Positions 18,419 through 28,139 of a stretch of DNA of 64,000 bases are shown here, in pieces. Positions within the stretch are counted from its first letter, which is position 1, and every line of letters starts with the position of its first letter. Origin of the DNA: Clostridia bacterium (lineage in GTDB: Bacteria; Bacillota; Clostridia; Christensenellales; CAG-917). The stretch spans positions 14,553 to 78,552 of the forward strand of contig CAAFLX010000035.1 in NCBI GenBank assembly GCA_900763875.1, written 5' to 3'. Both the position numbers and the translations under genes were made by a program. The notes under the pieces were generated by a model, which saw only the letters and a list, made by a program, of their open reading frames with translations, did not search any database and was not told where the DNA came from.

Positions 18419-19342
18419 TTATGCGGCTTTGTCGGATGTCGGTTGGTCAAGCGCAAAAATCACGTTGTCGCCAATGATTTCAATCTCGTTTACGCCGCCT
18501 TTTTTCGTGTCCTGCGGCAGATAGATTTTGACTTGCTTTTCAACGCTGAAATCCTTGAACATAAAGAAAAATATTTTCTTTATTGCCGTATCGTCATATC
18601 TCGGAGTCGGGGTTTCGGTGAGGGTGATAACGCCGTCTTTGGTGCGAGTTTTGACGATTTGGTTGTCGTATTTGATGTAATAGTCATAGGTGGCGAAGCC
18701 GAGTTTGTCGGGGGATTCCGTGCCAACGTAGATGATGACGGCTTGCTTTTCCTTGAAGTCGATTTGAATGGTTGAAACGGGCTTGTCGCCGACTGATTGA
18801 CCGTGCAAAGCGTCCTTCAAATTGGTGATATGCAGCGGCTCTGACATATAGCCGCTCTCTTTCATAAACGGAGCGGTTTGCTCCACCCAAGCGTCGCGGT
18901 TGATTGCGCCGAGTGCGGCGGAAATTATGGTGAAAATCGCGCCGACGGCGATGATTGCAAGGGATATATTTGGCAGAGTGATGAAGTCCTTGAAAGATTT
19001 TTTGCCGTCGTTTACGGTGGTTTTGTCCTCTTTTTTAGGTTTGTTTTGCTCGTCCCAGCCCATTTTTTTGTTGAAGAAAACGCCGTACTTTTTGTATGCG
19101 GGGATGAGAGCAAGCCCAACGCCCAAGCAAAGCGCGCCCGCTCCTGCCAAAATGAGGAATATCATCGAGCTTTTGAATGCGGCAAGTGACGCTATTGCAT
19201 AAAAAAGCATAAGCAAACAGCCTGCAAACAGCACTATCATTGCTGCAATCATCAAGCCGAACGGAATGCCTACGCCGACTTTTTTCCAAAATCCGTTTTT
19301 GTGATTTTCGATTCGTTTCATACCGCTATTATAATTCGGCAT
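18419..19342 (-). CDS. Hypothetical membrane protein
   Basis: The ORF track extends to 19531, but that N-terminal 63 aa is basic and non-protein-like. Start placed at MPNYNSGMKRIE (19342; 19321 also possible). Three hydrophobic helices, then a soluble beta-rich domain of about 170 aa. Confidence 0.55.
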   Translation of the reverse strand: MPNYNSGMKRIENHKNGFWKKVGVGIPFGLMIAAMIVLFAGCLLMLFYAIASLAAFKSSMIFLILAGAGALCLGVGLALIPAYKKYGVFFNKKMGWDEQNKPKKEDKTTVNDGKKSFKDFITLPNISLAIIAVGAIFTIISAALGAINRDAWVEQTAPFMKESGYMSEPLHITNLKDALHGQSVGDKPVSTIQIDFKEKQAVIIYVGTESPDKLGFATYDYYIKYDNQIVKTRTKDGVITLTETPTPRYDDTAIKKIFFFMFKDFSVEKQVKIYLPQDTKKGGVNEIEIIGDNVIFALDQPTSDKAA

Positions 19343-19676
19343 TTTTTCTTTGTCAAAGAAAAAGGCGCATAAAGCGTTTCGAGTGCAAAAGCACCTAAAG
19401 CGTTTAGGGCGCAAAAGTCGAGATCGGATTTTCATTGCGGCGTAAAGTCGGGTGTGGTTGTTTTGTTGCAAAACTGCATGGCAATATCGGTTTTTGCGCT
19501 TGGCTGATTTGCTTTTGTGATAAAACCGCACTGTTAAGTTCTAAAAAGCCGCTCGAAAAAATAGACTTATGCTAGGCGTGAGGGAAGGAATTAAACGAAA
19601 AAAAATAAAATACGACTTTTCGTGACATAATTTCTTCAATTTTGCACTCTCGCCGTGCATATAATCGGGGTGGTCG

Positions 19677-20441
19677 ATGTTTTTGACGGTAAAAAAGGCA
19701 AGCATAATCGGGGCGGTATCGTTTTTGATAGCGTTTGCGGTGCTGACGGCGTCGGTGGGCGTGACGAACAGCGCAGGGGTGTATTTTTGCAAAAGCACGC
19801 GCAAGTTGCCCGTGTACGGCGTGGACACCGACAAAAAGGTGATTGCGCTGACGTTTGACGCCGCTTGGGGCGCGGACAAAACGCAAGGAATCCTCGATAT
19901 TATGAGCGAATACGGCGCAAAAGGCACGTTTTTTCTCGTCGGATTTTGGATTGATAAGTACGAAAAGGAAACGCAAGCCATTGCCGAGGCAGGGTTTGAG
20001 ATAGGCAACCACTCTCGAAATCACCTCAATATGCCAAAACTCAGCGAAAACGAGATAAAAAACGAAATCGAATACGTCAACGACAGGGTGCAAGAGCTGA
20101 CTGGCAAGAAACCAACCTATTTCCGCGCTCCGTTCGGCGACTACGACAACAAACTTATGACGGCGTTGGAGAGTATGAAAATGGTGGGCGTGCAGTGGTC
20201 AATCGATTCGCTGGACTGGAAGGGACTGTCCGCAAAGCAAATCTACGACAGAGTAGTGCCAAAAGCGAAGAGCGGAGATATAGTGCTTTTTCACAACAAC
20301 AGCGACCACGTTTTGGACGCGCTGCCAATGATTTTGAAAGCATTGAGAGGACAGGGGTATGAGTTTGTCACGCTTTCCGAGCTTGTGGCAAGAGAGAATT
20401 TCAGCGTCGATTCAAACGGAATACAACACAAAAACGCATAG
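19677..20441 (+). CDS. Polysaccharide deacetylase family protein (PdaB-like, NodB domain)
   Basis: 254 aa, N-terminal TM helix. NodB motifs ALTFDAAWG, GNHSRNH, YFRAPFG, WSIDSLDW. Confidence 0.85.
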   Translation: MFLTVKKASIIGAVSFLIAFAVLTASVGVTNSAGVYFCKSTRKLPVYGVDTDKKVIALTFDAAWGADKTQGILDIMSEYGAKGTFFLVGFWIDKYEKETQAIAEAGFEIGNHSRNHLNMPKLSENEIKNEIEYVNDRVQELTGKKPTYFRAPFGDYDNKLMTALESMKMVGVQWSIDSLDWKGLSAKQIYDRVVPKAKSGDIVLFHNNSDHVLDALPMILKALRGQGYEFVTLSELVARENFSVDSNGIQHKNA

Positions 20442-20458
20442 ACGTACAGGAGGACTTT

Positions 20459-21085
20459 ATGAGTTACGAACAAATGCAAAACAACCAAGTTTACTTATCG
20501 GGACAAATTGTGAGCGAGCCTGAATTTTCTCACGAAATTATGAGCGAAAAGTTCTATGATTTGACGATATCCGTGGCGAGATTGTCGGGACAAAACGACG
20601 TGATTCCAATCACTGTGAGCGAGAGGCTTATGGAGGGACAAAGTTTTGAAATCGGCAATCTAATCGGCTTAATCGGACAATTTAGAAGTTACAATAAGAT
20701 TGTGGAGGGCAAGAGCAAACTTGTTTTGAGAGTGTTTGTCAGAGAGATTTGCCCTTTTGACGAACATTTGCCAAACGTCATAGAGCTTGACGGCTACGTT
20801 TGCAAACAACCCGTTTATCGCACAACGCCTTTCAAGAGGGAAATTGCCGACCTTTTGGTTGCGGTGAATCGCGCCTACAACAAGTCGGATTATATCCCGG
20901 CAATCGCGTGGGGACGAAACGCACGCTATGCCTCGACTTTCAAGGTGGGGGAGAAAATACATCTTGTAGGGCGCATACAGTCACGAATCTATCAAAAAGC
21001 TCTCGACGACGGCAGCGTTGAGGAGAGAGTCGCCTATGAAGTGTCGATAACAAAGTTCGGCACGGAAAAATTCGGCACGGAATAG
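20459..21085 (+). CDS. SSB-family protein with two tandem OB folds
   Basis: 208 aa, RBS AGGAGGA. Two SSB-like OB segments (VYLSGQIVSEPEF..., IELDGYVCKQPVYRTTP...). No acidic DDDIPF-type tail. Confidence 0.6.
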   Translation: MSYEQMQNNQVYLSGQIVSEPEFSHEIMSEKFYDLTISVARLSGQNDVIPITVSERLMEGQSFEIGNLIGLIGQFRSYNKIVEGKSKLVLRVFVREICPFDEHLPNVIELDGYVCKQPVYRTTPFKREIADLLVAVNRAYNKSDYIPAIAWGRNARYASTFKVGEKIHLVGRIQSRIYQKALDDGSVEERVAYEVSITKFGTEKFGTE

Positions 21086-21111
21086 TCCTGCACGGAAAAG
21101 TTCGGCAATGA
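21052..21111. repeat. Four degenerate 15-nt tandem units spanning the stop codon
   Basis: AAGTTCGGCACGGAA / AAATTCGGCACGGAA / TAGTCCTGCACGGAA / AAGTTCGGCAATGAT; the first two encode KFGTE-KFGTE. Confidence 0.8.
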
Positions 21112-21320
21112 TTGAAAGTCATTCGCTGTGAGAAAACATCGACACGCTGCAAACAACCGCTTTTTTGCGTATAGTCCGTGAGGCTGTGTCCGCATCAAAA
21201 ATCCGAAAAGTTGTCTTATGGACAAAATTCAATCACAAACAACAACTCGCCGCGACGAGAGAGTGTAAAAATTCTTTTGAACGGGCGAGTTTTTTGTGTG
21301 AAAATTTGCGGCATAACCTA

Positions 21321-21349
21321 TTTACATTTGGGCTGTTTATTGATATAAT
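21321..21349 (+). promoter_or_regulatory. Sigma-A-like promoter (TTTACA-17-TATAAT) upstream of the alpha-galactosidase gene
   Basis: TTTACA 21321-21326, 17-nt spacer, TATAAT 21344-21349. Confidence 0.5.
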
Positions 21350-21380
21350 GAGTTATCCTAGTATAATATTGGGGGATTTT

Positions 21381-23075
21381 ATGAACGTAAAAGACTATAC
21401 GCTCAAAATAGAGTACCTTGTCGGCGGAAAAAGAAAGGACGAGTCGGTTGAGTATTCTCTTGTCAAAAACGAGGGCTACGACGGCGAGGATATGCGCCTT
21501 TGCGATTTGGGTGACGAAACTCACGTCAAAATTGTCGTCACTCCCAAAAACAACGTGCAAATCGTGCTTGCGGAGCTGATTTACGACCACTATTACGAAA
21601 ACAACGAGCGGTTTTTTGCCAATGGTTTTCAGTCTTGGACGTCAACGAGAGAGTATAAGAGGCGCGACGTTCAGTACGGCTTGCGCTCTTTGTCCAAACT
21701 TCCCGTTGCGAGGCTATTTTCGGGCGCGTCGGGCGACTATGCATTCACCGAGTACGGCAAGGACTTGTATCACTGCTTCACTTACACCTACTTCCGCAAG
21801 GACGACAAGGTGGAGTTTGTCGGCTCGCTCAACGAGCGCACGGGATATACAATCTTCTATGCGGATATGAAAGAAAACGTTTTTGCGGTGCAAAAGGACG
21901 TTGAGGGGCTGAATCTCGACGGCGAGTACGAGCTTTTCGACCTCATGCACGTTCACGGCACATACGACAGCGTTTTTGACGCGTATTTTGCCGAATATCC
22001 GCAAAAAAGCACGGGCAGGGTGGAGCACCTTGCAGGCTATACGTCGTGGTACAACTACTATCAAAATATCACCGAGGACATCATTTTGCGAGATTTGGAG
22101 GGGCTTGCGCACGTCGGAGATCTTGCCAACATATTCCAAATCGACGACGGATACGAAACAAAAGTCGGAGATTGGGAAGTGGATGCGCAAAAGTTTCCCA
22201 ACGGTCTTGCGCCAATCGCCAACAAAATCCATTCGCACGGCTACAACGCGGGGCTTTGGATTGCTCCGTTTGCGGCGCAATTCAACTCAAACGTCGTCAA
22301 AAATCACCCCGATTGGCTCATACGCAACAAGCGCGGCAGAGCGGTGATAAGCGGCGCGGCTTGGGGCGGTTTCTATGCGCTCGACTTTGAAAAAGACGAG
22401 GTTAGAACCTACATTAAGGCGTATTTCGACAAGGTTTTTGACGAGTGGGGCTTCGATATGGTCAAGCTCGACTTCCTCTATGCCGCCGCTATCGAGCCTA
22501 GAAACGGCAAAACACGCGCTCAACTTATGTGCGAGGCAATGGACTTTTTGCGCGAGGTGTGTCGCGACAAGCTCATTCTCGGTTGCGGAGTGCCGCTTGC
22601 ACCTGCTTTCGGCATCGTTGACGCTTGCCGCATAGGCTGTGACGCCGAAAACACGTTCAAGGAAAAATTCTACGTCAAAGTCACCAATCAAGAGATCGTA
22701 TCCACCAAGATTTCAATGCAAAACAGCGTGTTCCGCCGTCACCTCAACGGCAGAATATTTGCAAACGACCCCGACGTGTTCTTCTTGCGCGAGGGCGGCG
22801 TGAAAAAGGCGGGCTATACTTTGGGACAAAAGAAACTGCTTGCCACGATAAATCATATGTTCGGCGACGTGCTTTTCGTCAGCGACGACGTTGGAGAGTA
22901 CGACAGCGAGCAAATGGCAATATTGGTGGACGCATACGCCAAGTTCGAGGGCAAAATCATCTCGGCAGAGCATATCGCGCCCGAAATCATAAAAATCGTA
23001 TTTGAAGAAAACGGCAACAGAAAAATGCTTGTTTTCGACGATTTGAGCGGAGATTATATCGTTCAAGAGGCGTGA
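21381..23075 (+). CDS. Alpha-galactosidase (GH36-like, clan GH-D)
   Basis: ATG 21381 after GGGGGA; the ORF track start 21165 lies upstream of the promoter. FQIDDGYETKVGDW, GLWIAPF, MVKLDFLY motifs. Confidence 0.75.
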   Translation: MNVKDYTLKIEYLVGGKRKDESVEYSLVKNEGYDGEDMRLCDLGDETHVKIVVTPKNNVQIVLAELIYDHYYENNERFFANGFQSWTSTREYKRRDVQYGLRSLSKLPVARLFSGASGDYAFTEYGKDLYHCFTYTYFRKDDKVEFVGSLNERTGYTIFYADMKENVFAVQKDVEGLNLDGEYELFDLMHVHGTYDSVFDAYFAEYPQKSTGRVEHLAGYTSWYNYYQNITEDIILRDLEGLAHVGDLANIFQIDDGYETKVGDWEVDAQKFPNGLAPIANKIHSHGYNAGLWIAPFAAQFNSNVVKNHPDWLIRNKRGRAVISGAAWGGFYALDFEKDEVRTYIKAYFDKVFDEWGFDMVKLDFLYAAAIEPRNGKTRAQLMCEAMDFLREVCRDKLILGCGVPLAPAFGIVDACRIGCDAENTFKEKFYVKVTNQEIVSTKISMQNSVFRRHLNGRIFANDPDVFFLREGGVKKAGYTLGQKKLLATINHMFGDVLFVSDDVGEYDSEQMAILVDAYAKFEGKIISAEHIAPEIIKIVFEENGNRKMLVFDDLSGDYIVQEA

Positions 23076-23758
23076 GCGGAATGATACTTGTTGACAACTT
23101 ACGACGCGTGCGCGACGAGGTGGCGAAATACGATAGGCAAATACAACTTGTGGCTGCTTGCAAAATGCAGTCAAAAGACACTATCGACAGATTTGCCGCA
23201 CTTGCGCCCGACTTCGTTTTTGGCGAAAACAGGGTGCAGGAGTTTTTGGAGCATTACGACGAAAAATATGCTTGGCACATCATAGGTCAACTGCAAACCA
23301 ACAAGGTCAAGTACGTTGTGACAAAGACCGATTTGATACACTCTTTGGATAGGGCGGAGCTTGCAAAAGAGATTGAAAAGCAGGCGGCAAAACGCAATGT
23401 CGTGCAAAAGTGCCTTGTTGAAATCAATATGGGCGGAGAGCAGTCAAAAGGCGGTGTGCGCCCTGAAGAAACGCTCGATTTCATACAAAGTATGAAAGAT
23501 TACCCGCACATCGAGATAAAGGGCGTTATGAGCGTTTTGCCGAACCTAGACGACAAAGTGAAACTTGCCAACCTTTACGACAGGTTGCAACGCATATTCG
23601 AGGACGCAAAGTGCATCAAACAGGAGGGCGTGAGCGTCGAAATTTTGTCGGCGGGTATGTCGCTCGACTACAAAATCGCCCTTGAACACGGCTCGAATAT
23701 GTTGCGGCTCGGAAGGTTGCTGTTTGGCGAGAGAAGGGCGCAAATTCCGTTGACCTAA
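23072..23758 (+). CDS. YggS family pyridoxal-phosphate homeostasis protein
   Basis: 228 aa. VAACKMQS (PLP lysine), GENRVQE, HIIGQLQTNKVKY motifs. An ATG at 23081 is an alternative start. Confidence 0.85.
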   Translation: MSGMILVDNLRRVRDEVAKYDRQIQLVAACKMQSKDTIDRFAALAPDFVFGENRVQEFLEHYDEKYAWHIIGQLQTNKVKYVVTKTDLIHSLDRAELAKEIEKQAAKRNVVQKCLVEINMGGEQSKGGVRPEETLDFIQSMKDYPHIEIKGVMSVLPNLDDKVKLANLYDRLQRIFEDAKCIKQEGVSVEILSAGMSLDYKIALEHGSNMLRLGRLLFGERRAQIPLT

Positions 23759-23878
23759 CACTGAAAATCGCATCGCTGTTACAGCAATAAATCAAATTTA
23801 TCGGCGTGTTTTTCCGCCGAGGGCGGTATCGCGGCGGCGAGTGCGCAATCACTTGAATACAACCATAAGGTAGAAGAT

Positions 23879-24262
23879 ATGGACGAAAGATATTTTAGAA
23901 ACAATCAAACGCAACGCGCGGATATGCACAGAAATTCCGCAGGCTTTTCTCGTGCGCAAACGCCGATAGGGCAAGTGCCCAGCTATACGCAACCTGCCGC
24001 ATACGGGCAGTCGGGCGGCGTTGTCATCTATTCGCCGCGCACCTACAAGGACGTGCAACTGCTCATCGATCATCTCAAAATGAGAGAGCAGGTCATCGTG
24101 GATTTTTCAACGCTCAATCAACAGTCGGTTTATCGCATCCTCGACTTTATGAGCGGAGCAATCTACGCCCTTGACGGCAGTATTCAACAAATCACAAAAA
24201 ATATTTTCCTCTTTGCTCCGCAGGGAGTGACGATAACCATTCCTCCGCAAATCAGAGGCTAA
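23879..24262 (+). CDS. sepF: Cell division protein SepF
   Basis: 127 aa. C-terminal SepF domain VVIYSPRTYKDVQLLIDHLKMREQVIVDF...RILDFMSGAIYALDG. Follows yggS as in Bacillus ylmE-ylmF. Confidence 0.85.
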   Translation: MDERYFRNNQTQRADMHRNSAGFSRAQTPIGQVPSYTQPAAYGQSGGVVIYSPRTYKDVQLLIDHLKMREQVIVDFSTLNQQSVYRILDFMSGAIYALDGSIQQITKNIFLFAPQGVTITIPPQIRG

Positions 24263-24271
24263 GGAGTTTTT

Positions 24272-25024
24272 ATGGCAAAACAAGACAAAATCGATTATAA
24301 GGCGCAAACAAAGGCTTTCCTTGCCGACTGGGTGAGCGTCGTCAAAAAGAAATGGTGGCTCTACATTGTGGAACTTGCAGTTGTCGCAATCATTTTGGTT
24401 GCGGATTTGCTCAGCAAAAAAGCGGCGTGGGATTATCTAAACAACTACGGCGTAAAGACGCTAGTTCCGCACCTTTTCAACTTGGTTATGGTGCCAAACA
24501 CAGGCGCGGGATTCGGCATATTGCAGGGCAAGACGGTTGCACTGACGGTGGTCACGATTATCGTTGTTGCGGCAATCTACGTCTACCTCTTTTTCGCTCT
24601 CAAAGAGAGCGAGTGGCTCAGAATATCTCTCGTTTTCGTCACAGCCGGCGGCATCGGCAACATCGTTGACCGCATCAAATACGGCTATGTTCGCGACTTT
24701 TTGCAGTTTGCGTTTTGGGAGGACTTCCCGGCGTTCAACGTGGCGGATTCATTTGTGACGGTGGGCGCGTTTATGCTTGTAATCGTGCTTATCATTATGC
24801 TTGTTCAAGAGGGCAAAAAGAGCCAAAAAGAGTTTGAAGAACAACAAAAAAACAATGTGAACGTCAACGAGCAATTCGACCCGTTGGACGGACCTGTCAA
24901 CCTCAATCCGATGATGAAATCCGAGCACGAATTTACATTTGTCGTGAGTGAAAACAAGGACGAAAAAGCGCAAGAAAATGCGCAAAACAACGTCGAAAAA
25001 AACGCCGAAAACGAAGATAAATAA
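24272..25024 (+). CDS. lspA: Lipoprotein signal peptidase II with a long low-complexity C-terminal tail
   Basis: 250 aa. NTGAGFG and GGIGNIVDR...VRDF...FNVADS motifs. The last 70 aa or so are N/E/K/Q-rich. Confidence 0.85.
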   Translation: MAKQDKIDYKAQTKAFLADWVSVVKKKWWLYIVELAVVAIILVADLLSKKAAWDYLNNYGVKTLVPHLFNLVMVPNTGAGFGILQGKTVALTVVTIIVVAAIYVYLFFALKESEWLRISLVFVTAGGIGNIVDRIKYGYVRDFLQFAFWEDFPAFNVADSFVTVGAFMLVIVLIIMLVQEGKKSQKEFEEQQKNNVNVNEQFDPLDGPVNLNPMMKSEHEFTFVVSENKDEKAQENAQNNVEKNAENEDK

Positions 25025-25054
25025 CCAAAGATTCAAGGACGTCAAAGCCGAATT

Positions 25055-25960
25055 ATGGCAAAAATTGTTGACAAAGACAACGTAAGATTGGACGTGTTTA
25101 TCGCGTCTGAGTGGGGAGTTTCGCGCTCCAATGCAAAGACCGTCATCGAAAGAGACGGTGCTTTTGTCAACGGCGTAAAGAGGCAAAAAAGCGGGTTCGA
25201 GCTGAAAATCGGCGACAAAGTGGAGTTTGAAGTGCCTGCGCCCGAAGTGCTTGAAGTCAAGGCGGAAAATATACCGCTGGATATTGTGTTCGAGGACGAA
25301 TATATGGCGGTGGTCAACAAGCCGCAGGGTATGGTGGTGCATCAGGCAAGCTCGTATAAGAAAAACGATACGCTTGTCAACGCATTGCTTTTCAATCTCG
25401 ATAGTTTGAGTGGAATAAACGGCGTCATTCGCCCCGGCATCGTGCATAGGCTGGACAAGGACACGTCGGGACTTTTGGTGGTTGCCAAAAACGACGAGGC
25501 GCACAAGAGTCTTGCCTCTCAAATCGAGAAAAAGACCGCGCGCAGAATATATTTCGGGCTTTGCGACGGCAACTTCAAAGAGGACGAAGGAGTGGTGGAC
25601 AAACCCATTGCTCGCAGCAAAAAAGACCGCAAAAAAATGGCAATCGACGAGGGCGGCAGGCGCGCCGTGACGCACTACAAAGTGCTTGAACGCTTCGGAC
25701 AGTATACGCTTGTGCGATTTGAACTCGAAACGGGGCGCACACATCAGATAAGAGTGCATGCGGCAAGTTTGCATCACCCGATTGTTGGCGACAGCGTGTA
25801 CGGAGGCTCGACCGCGCTGTATAAAAACGGACAACTTTTGCACGCAAAAGAGCTTGTGCTCGAACATCCGCATACGCACGAGATTATGCGTTTCGAGTGC
25901 GATTTGCCAAACTACTTTCAAGCGGTTTTGAACCGACTTGAGAATGAAAGCAAGAAATAA
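25055..25960 (+). CDS. rluD: RluA-family 23S rRNA pseudouridine synthase (RluD-like)
   Basis: 301 aa. S4 domain N-terminus, catalytic HRLDKDTSGLLV, TGRTHQIRVH motif. Confidence 0.9.
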   Translation: MAKIVDKDNVRLDVFIASEWGVSRSNAKTVIERDGAFVNGVKRQKSGFELKIGDKVEFEVPAPEVLEVKAENIPLDIVFEDEYMAVVNKPQGMVVHQASSYKKNDTLVNALLFNLDSLSGINGVIRPGIVHRLDKDTSGLLVVAKNDEAHKSLASQIEKKTARRIYFGLCDGNFKEDEGVVDKPIARSKKDRKKMAIDEGGRRAVTHYKVLERFGQYTLVRFELETGRTHQIRVHAASLHHPIVGDSVYGGSTALYKNGQLLHAKELVLEHPHTHEIMRFECDLPNYFQAVLNRLENESKK

Positions 25961-26038
25961 CGGCTTTTGAGCCAACGCGGTGGGCCGTGTCTGTTGCAAA
26001 CGATATGTAAAAAAATATTTTGTATAAATCTATGCGAT

Positions 26039-27817
26039 ATGAGAAAAGAGAAAGAACACGATAAACAACAACTGTTGAAAAGATTTGTGGCGTACTACAA
26101 GCCGCACAAGGGCACGTTTGCGCTGGATATGATTTGCTCGCTTATATTTTCGATAAGCGGGCTTATTTATCCTATTGTTTCGCAACGAATTTTGAGAAAG
26201 AGTATTCCAAACGGCGTGATAAGCGAAGTGTTGATTCTTTGCGCGATTCTGCTTGCAATCTACATTTTGCGCGCCGGTATGAAGTATTATATCAACTATT
26301 ACGGGCACGTTATGGGCGTGAGAATGCAAGCGGCGATGAGGACGGATTTGTTCAAACATCTTGAAAAGTTGCCCTACTCCTTTTACGACAACAACGAAAC
26401 GGGACAACTGATGGCGAGAATGACAAACGACCTTTTCGACGTGAGCGAACTTGCTCACCACGGCCCTGAAAACCTGTTTATCACAACGTTTGTGACGATA
26501 GGCTCGTTTGCGTATCTTTGCACGATAAGTTGGAAACTTGCGCTCATCATATTTGCGTTTTTGCCCGTGCTGTTCATCATTGCGATTGTGTGCAGAAAAA
26601 ATATGACGAAGGCGTTTAGAAAGAGCAGGGAAGAGATAGGCAACATCAACGCCACTCTTGAAAACAGCATTGCGGGTATTCGCGTCACAAAAGCGTATGC
26701 AAATGCCGAGTACGAGCAAGCCAAGTTTGAAAAAAACAACGACGGCTACGTCAAAGCGCGCTCAAAAGCATATAAGGCAATGGGCACTTTTTCGGCAAGT
26801 ATGAGCCTTGTCACCGAGATTTACAACGTCATAGTGCTGCTTGCAGGCGCACTGTTTTGCATCTACGACAAGGAGCATTTCGACTACGTTGACCTCGTGT
26901 CCTTTATGATTTCCATAAACCTCTTTATATCCCCCGTGCAAACGCTCATAGCGTTCTTCGAGCAACTGCAAGACGGCGTGACGGGATTCAGACGCTTTGT
27001 TGCGATAATGGACGTGCCTGTCGAAAAGGAGAGCGACACCGCTCACAGCGTGGAGAGCCTGAAAGGCGATATTGTGTTTAAGGACGTAAACTTTGCCTAC
27101 AACCACGACAAAGAGGTGCTTGACAACATCAATCTCACCATTCCCGACGGAAAAATGTACGCTTTCGTCGGCGCGAGCGGCGGCGGAAAAACCACGCTTT
27201 GCCACTTGATTCCAAAATTCTATCCGCTTGAAAACGGTATGATTTATATCGGCGGCGAGCCTATAAGCGAGATTAAAAACGACTCGATGCGCAAAAACGT
27301 GGGCATTGTGCAACAGGACGTATTTTTGTTTACGGGAACGTTTAAGGAAAATATCGCGTACGGCAAGGACGACGCAACCGACGAGGAAATCGTCGAGGCG
27401 GCAAAAAAAGCGGATATCGACGAGTATATCAAAAGTTTGCCCGACGGCTACGACACCCAAATCGGCGAGAGAGGCGTAAAATTGTCGGGCGGTCAAAAGC
27501 AAAGATTGAGCATTGCGCGCGTATTCCTCAAAAACCCGTCCATTCTCATTTTGGACGAGGCTACGAGCGCACTTGACAACACCACCGAGGCAATCATTCA
27601 AAAGGCTCTGTTCGAGCTTTGCAAGGGCAGAACTACAATCGTGGTTGCTCACCGCCTCTCAACCGTGCGTAAGGCGGACAGTATCGTTGTCATCGACGGC
27701 GGAAAAATCGTGGAGCAAGGTTCTCACGACGAACTCATCGAAAAAGGCGGCGTGTACAAAAAACTCTATGAGGCGCAATTTGCAGACGACGTTGACATCC
27801 AAGTCGGCATTAACTGA
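26039..27817 (+). CDS. ABC transporter, fused permease/ATP-binding protein (exporter type)
   Basis: ATG 26039; the ORF track start is 25967. Six-helix TMD, Walker A GASGGGKTT, signature LSGGQKQR, Walker B ILILDEATS. Confidence 0.9.
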   Translation: MRKEKEHDKQQLLKRFVAYYKPHKGTFALDMICSLIFSISGLIYPIVSQRILRKSIPNGVISEVLILCAILLAIYILRAGMKYYINYYGHVMGVRMQAAMRTDLFKHLEKLPYSFYDNNETGQLMARMTNDLFDVSELAHHGPENLFITTFVTIGSFAYLCTISWKLALIIFAFLPVLFIIAIVCRKNMTKAFRKSREEIGNINATLENSIAGIRVTKAYANAEYEQAKFEKNNDGYVKARSKAYKAMGTFSASMSLVTEIYNVIVLLAGALFCIYDKEHFDYVDLVSFMISINLFISPVQTLIAFFEQLQDGVTGFRRFVAIMDVPVEKESDTAHSVESLKGDIVFKDVNFAYNHDKEVLDNINLTIPDGKMYAFVGASGGGKTTLCHLIPKFYPLENGMIYIGGEPISEIKNDSMRKNVGIVQQDVFLFTGTFKENIAYGKDDATDEEIVEAAKKADIDEYIKSLPDGYDTQIGERGVKLSGGQKQRLSIARVFLKNPSILILDEATSALDNTTEAIIQKALFELCKGRTTIVVAHRLSTVRKADSIVVIDGGKIVEQGSHDELIEKGGVYKKLYEAQFADDVDIQVGIN

Positions 27818-27959
27818 CAAATGCGGGGTGGGGTTTTCTCACCCCAATATCGTTGAAATAAAACGAGGCAACTTGCGCTCAAAAGTGAATATATATCGGT
27901 TGCAAGATTGTCTGCGGCTTTGTAAACGCAAGAAAATTTGAGTTTATATCCAAAATAGA

Positions 27960-27988
27960 TTGCAATTTTCAAATATGTTTGATATAAT
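27960..27988 (+). promoter_or_regulatory. Sigma-A-like promoter of tRNA-Thr (TTGCAA-17-TATAAT)
   Basis: TTGCAA 27960-27965, 17-nt spacer, TATAAT 27983-27988, 19 nt before the tRNA. Confidence 0.55.
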
Positions 27989-28007
27989 CCAAAAGCAATC
28001 GAAAATT

Positions 28008-28083
28008 GCTAGTGTGGCTCAGCAGGTAGAGCAGCTGATTCGTAATCAGCAGGTCGCCGGTTCGAATCCGGCCACTAGCTCCA
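28008..28083 (+). tRNA. tRNA-Thr (anticodon CGT), CCA encoded
   Basis: Manual cloverleaf: acceptor GCTAGTG/CACTAGC, D stem GCTC/GAGC, anticodon stem GCTGA/TCAGC with loop TTCGTAA, T arm GCCGG-TTCGAAT-CCGGC, 76 nt. Confidence 0.95.
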
Positions 28084-28088
28084 AAAAA

Positions 28089-28119
28089 AGTGATATATCT
28101 TGAATATATCACTTTTTTT
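28089..28119 (+). terminator. Rho-independent terminator after tRNA-Thr
   Basis: AGTGATATAT-CTTGA-ATATATCACT followed by T6. Confidence 0.85.
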
Positions 28120-28139
28120 ATGCTAACGAACAGTTACTG

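Noticed and set aside
21165-21380. N-terminal extensions proposed by the ORF track for several genes (21165, 25967, 29586, 35020, 42939, 57906, 58352, 62232, 19531, 57696)
   Set aside because: The extensions overlap promoters, terminators or the preceding gene, and have unnatural composition. Internal ATGs with good RBS and the conserved protein N-termini were used instead.
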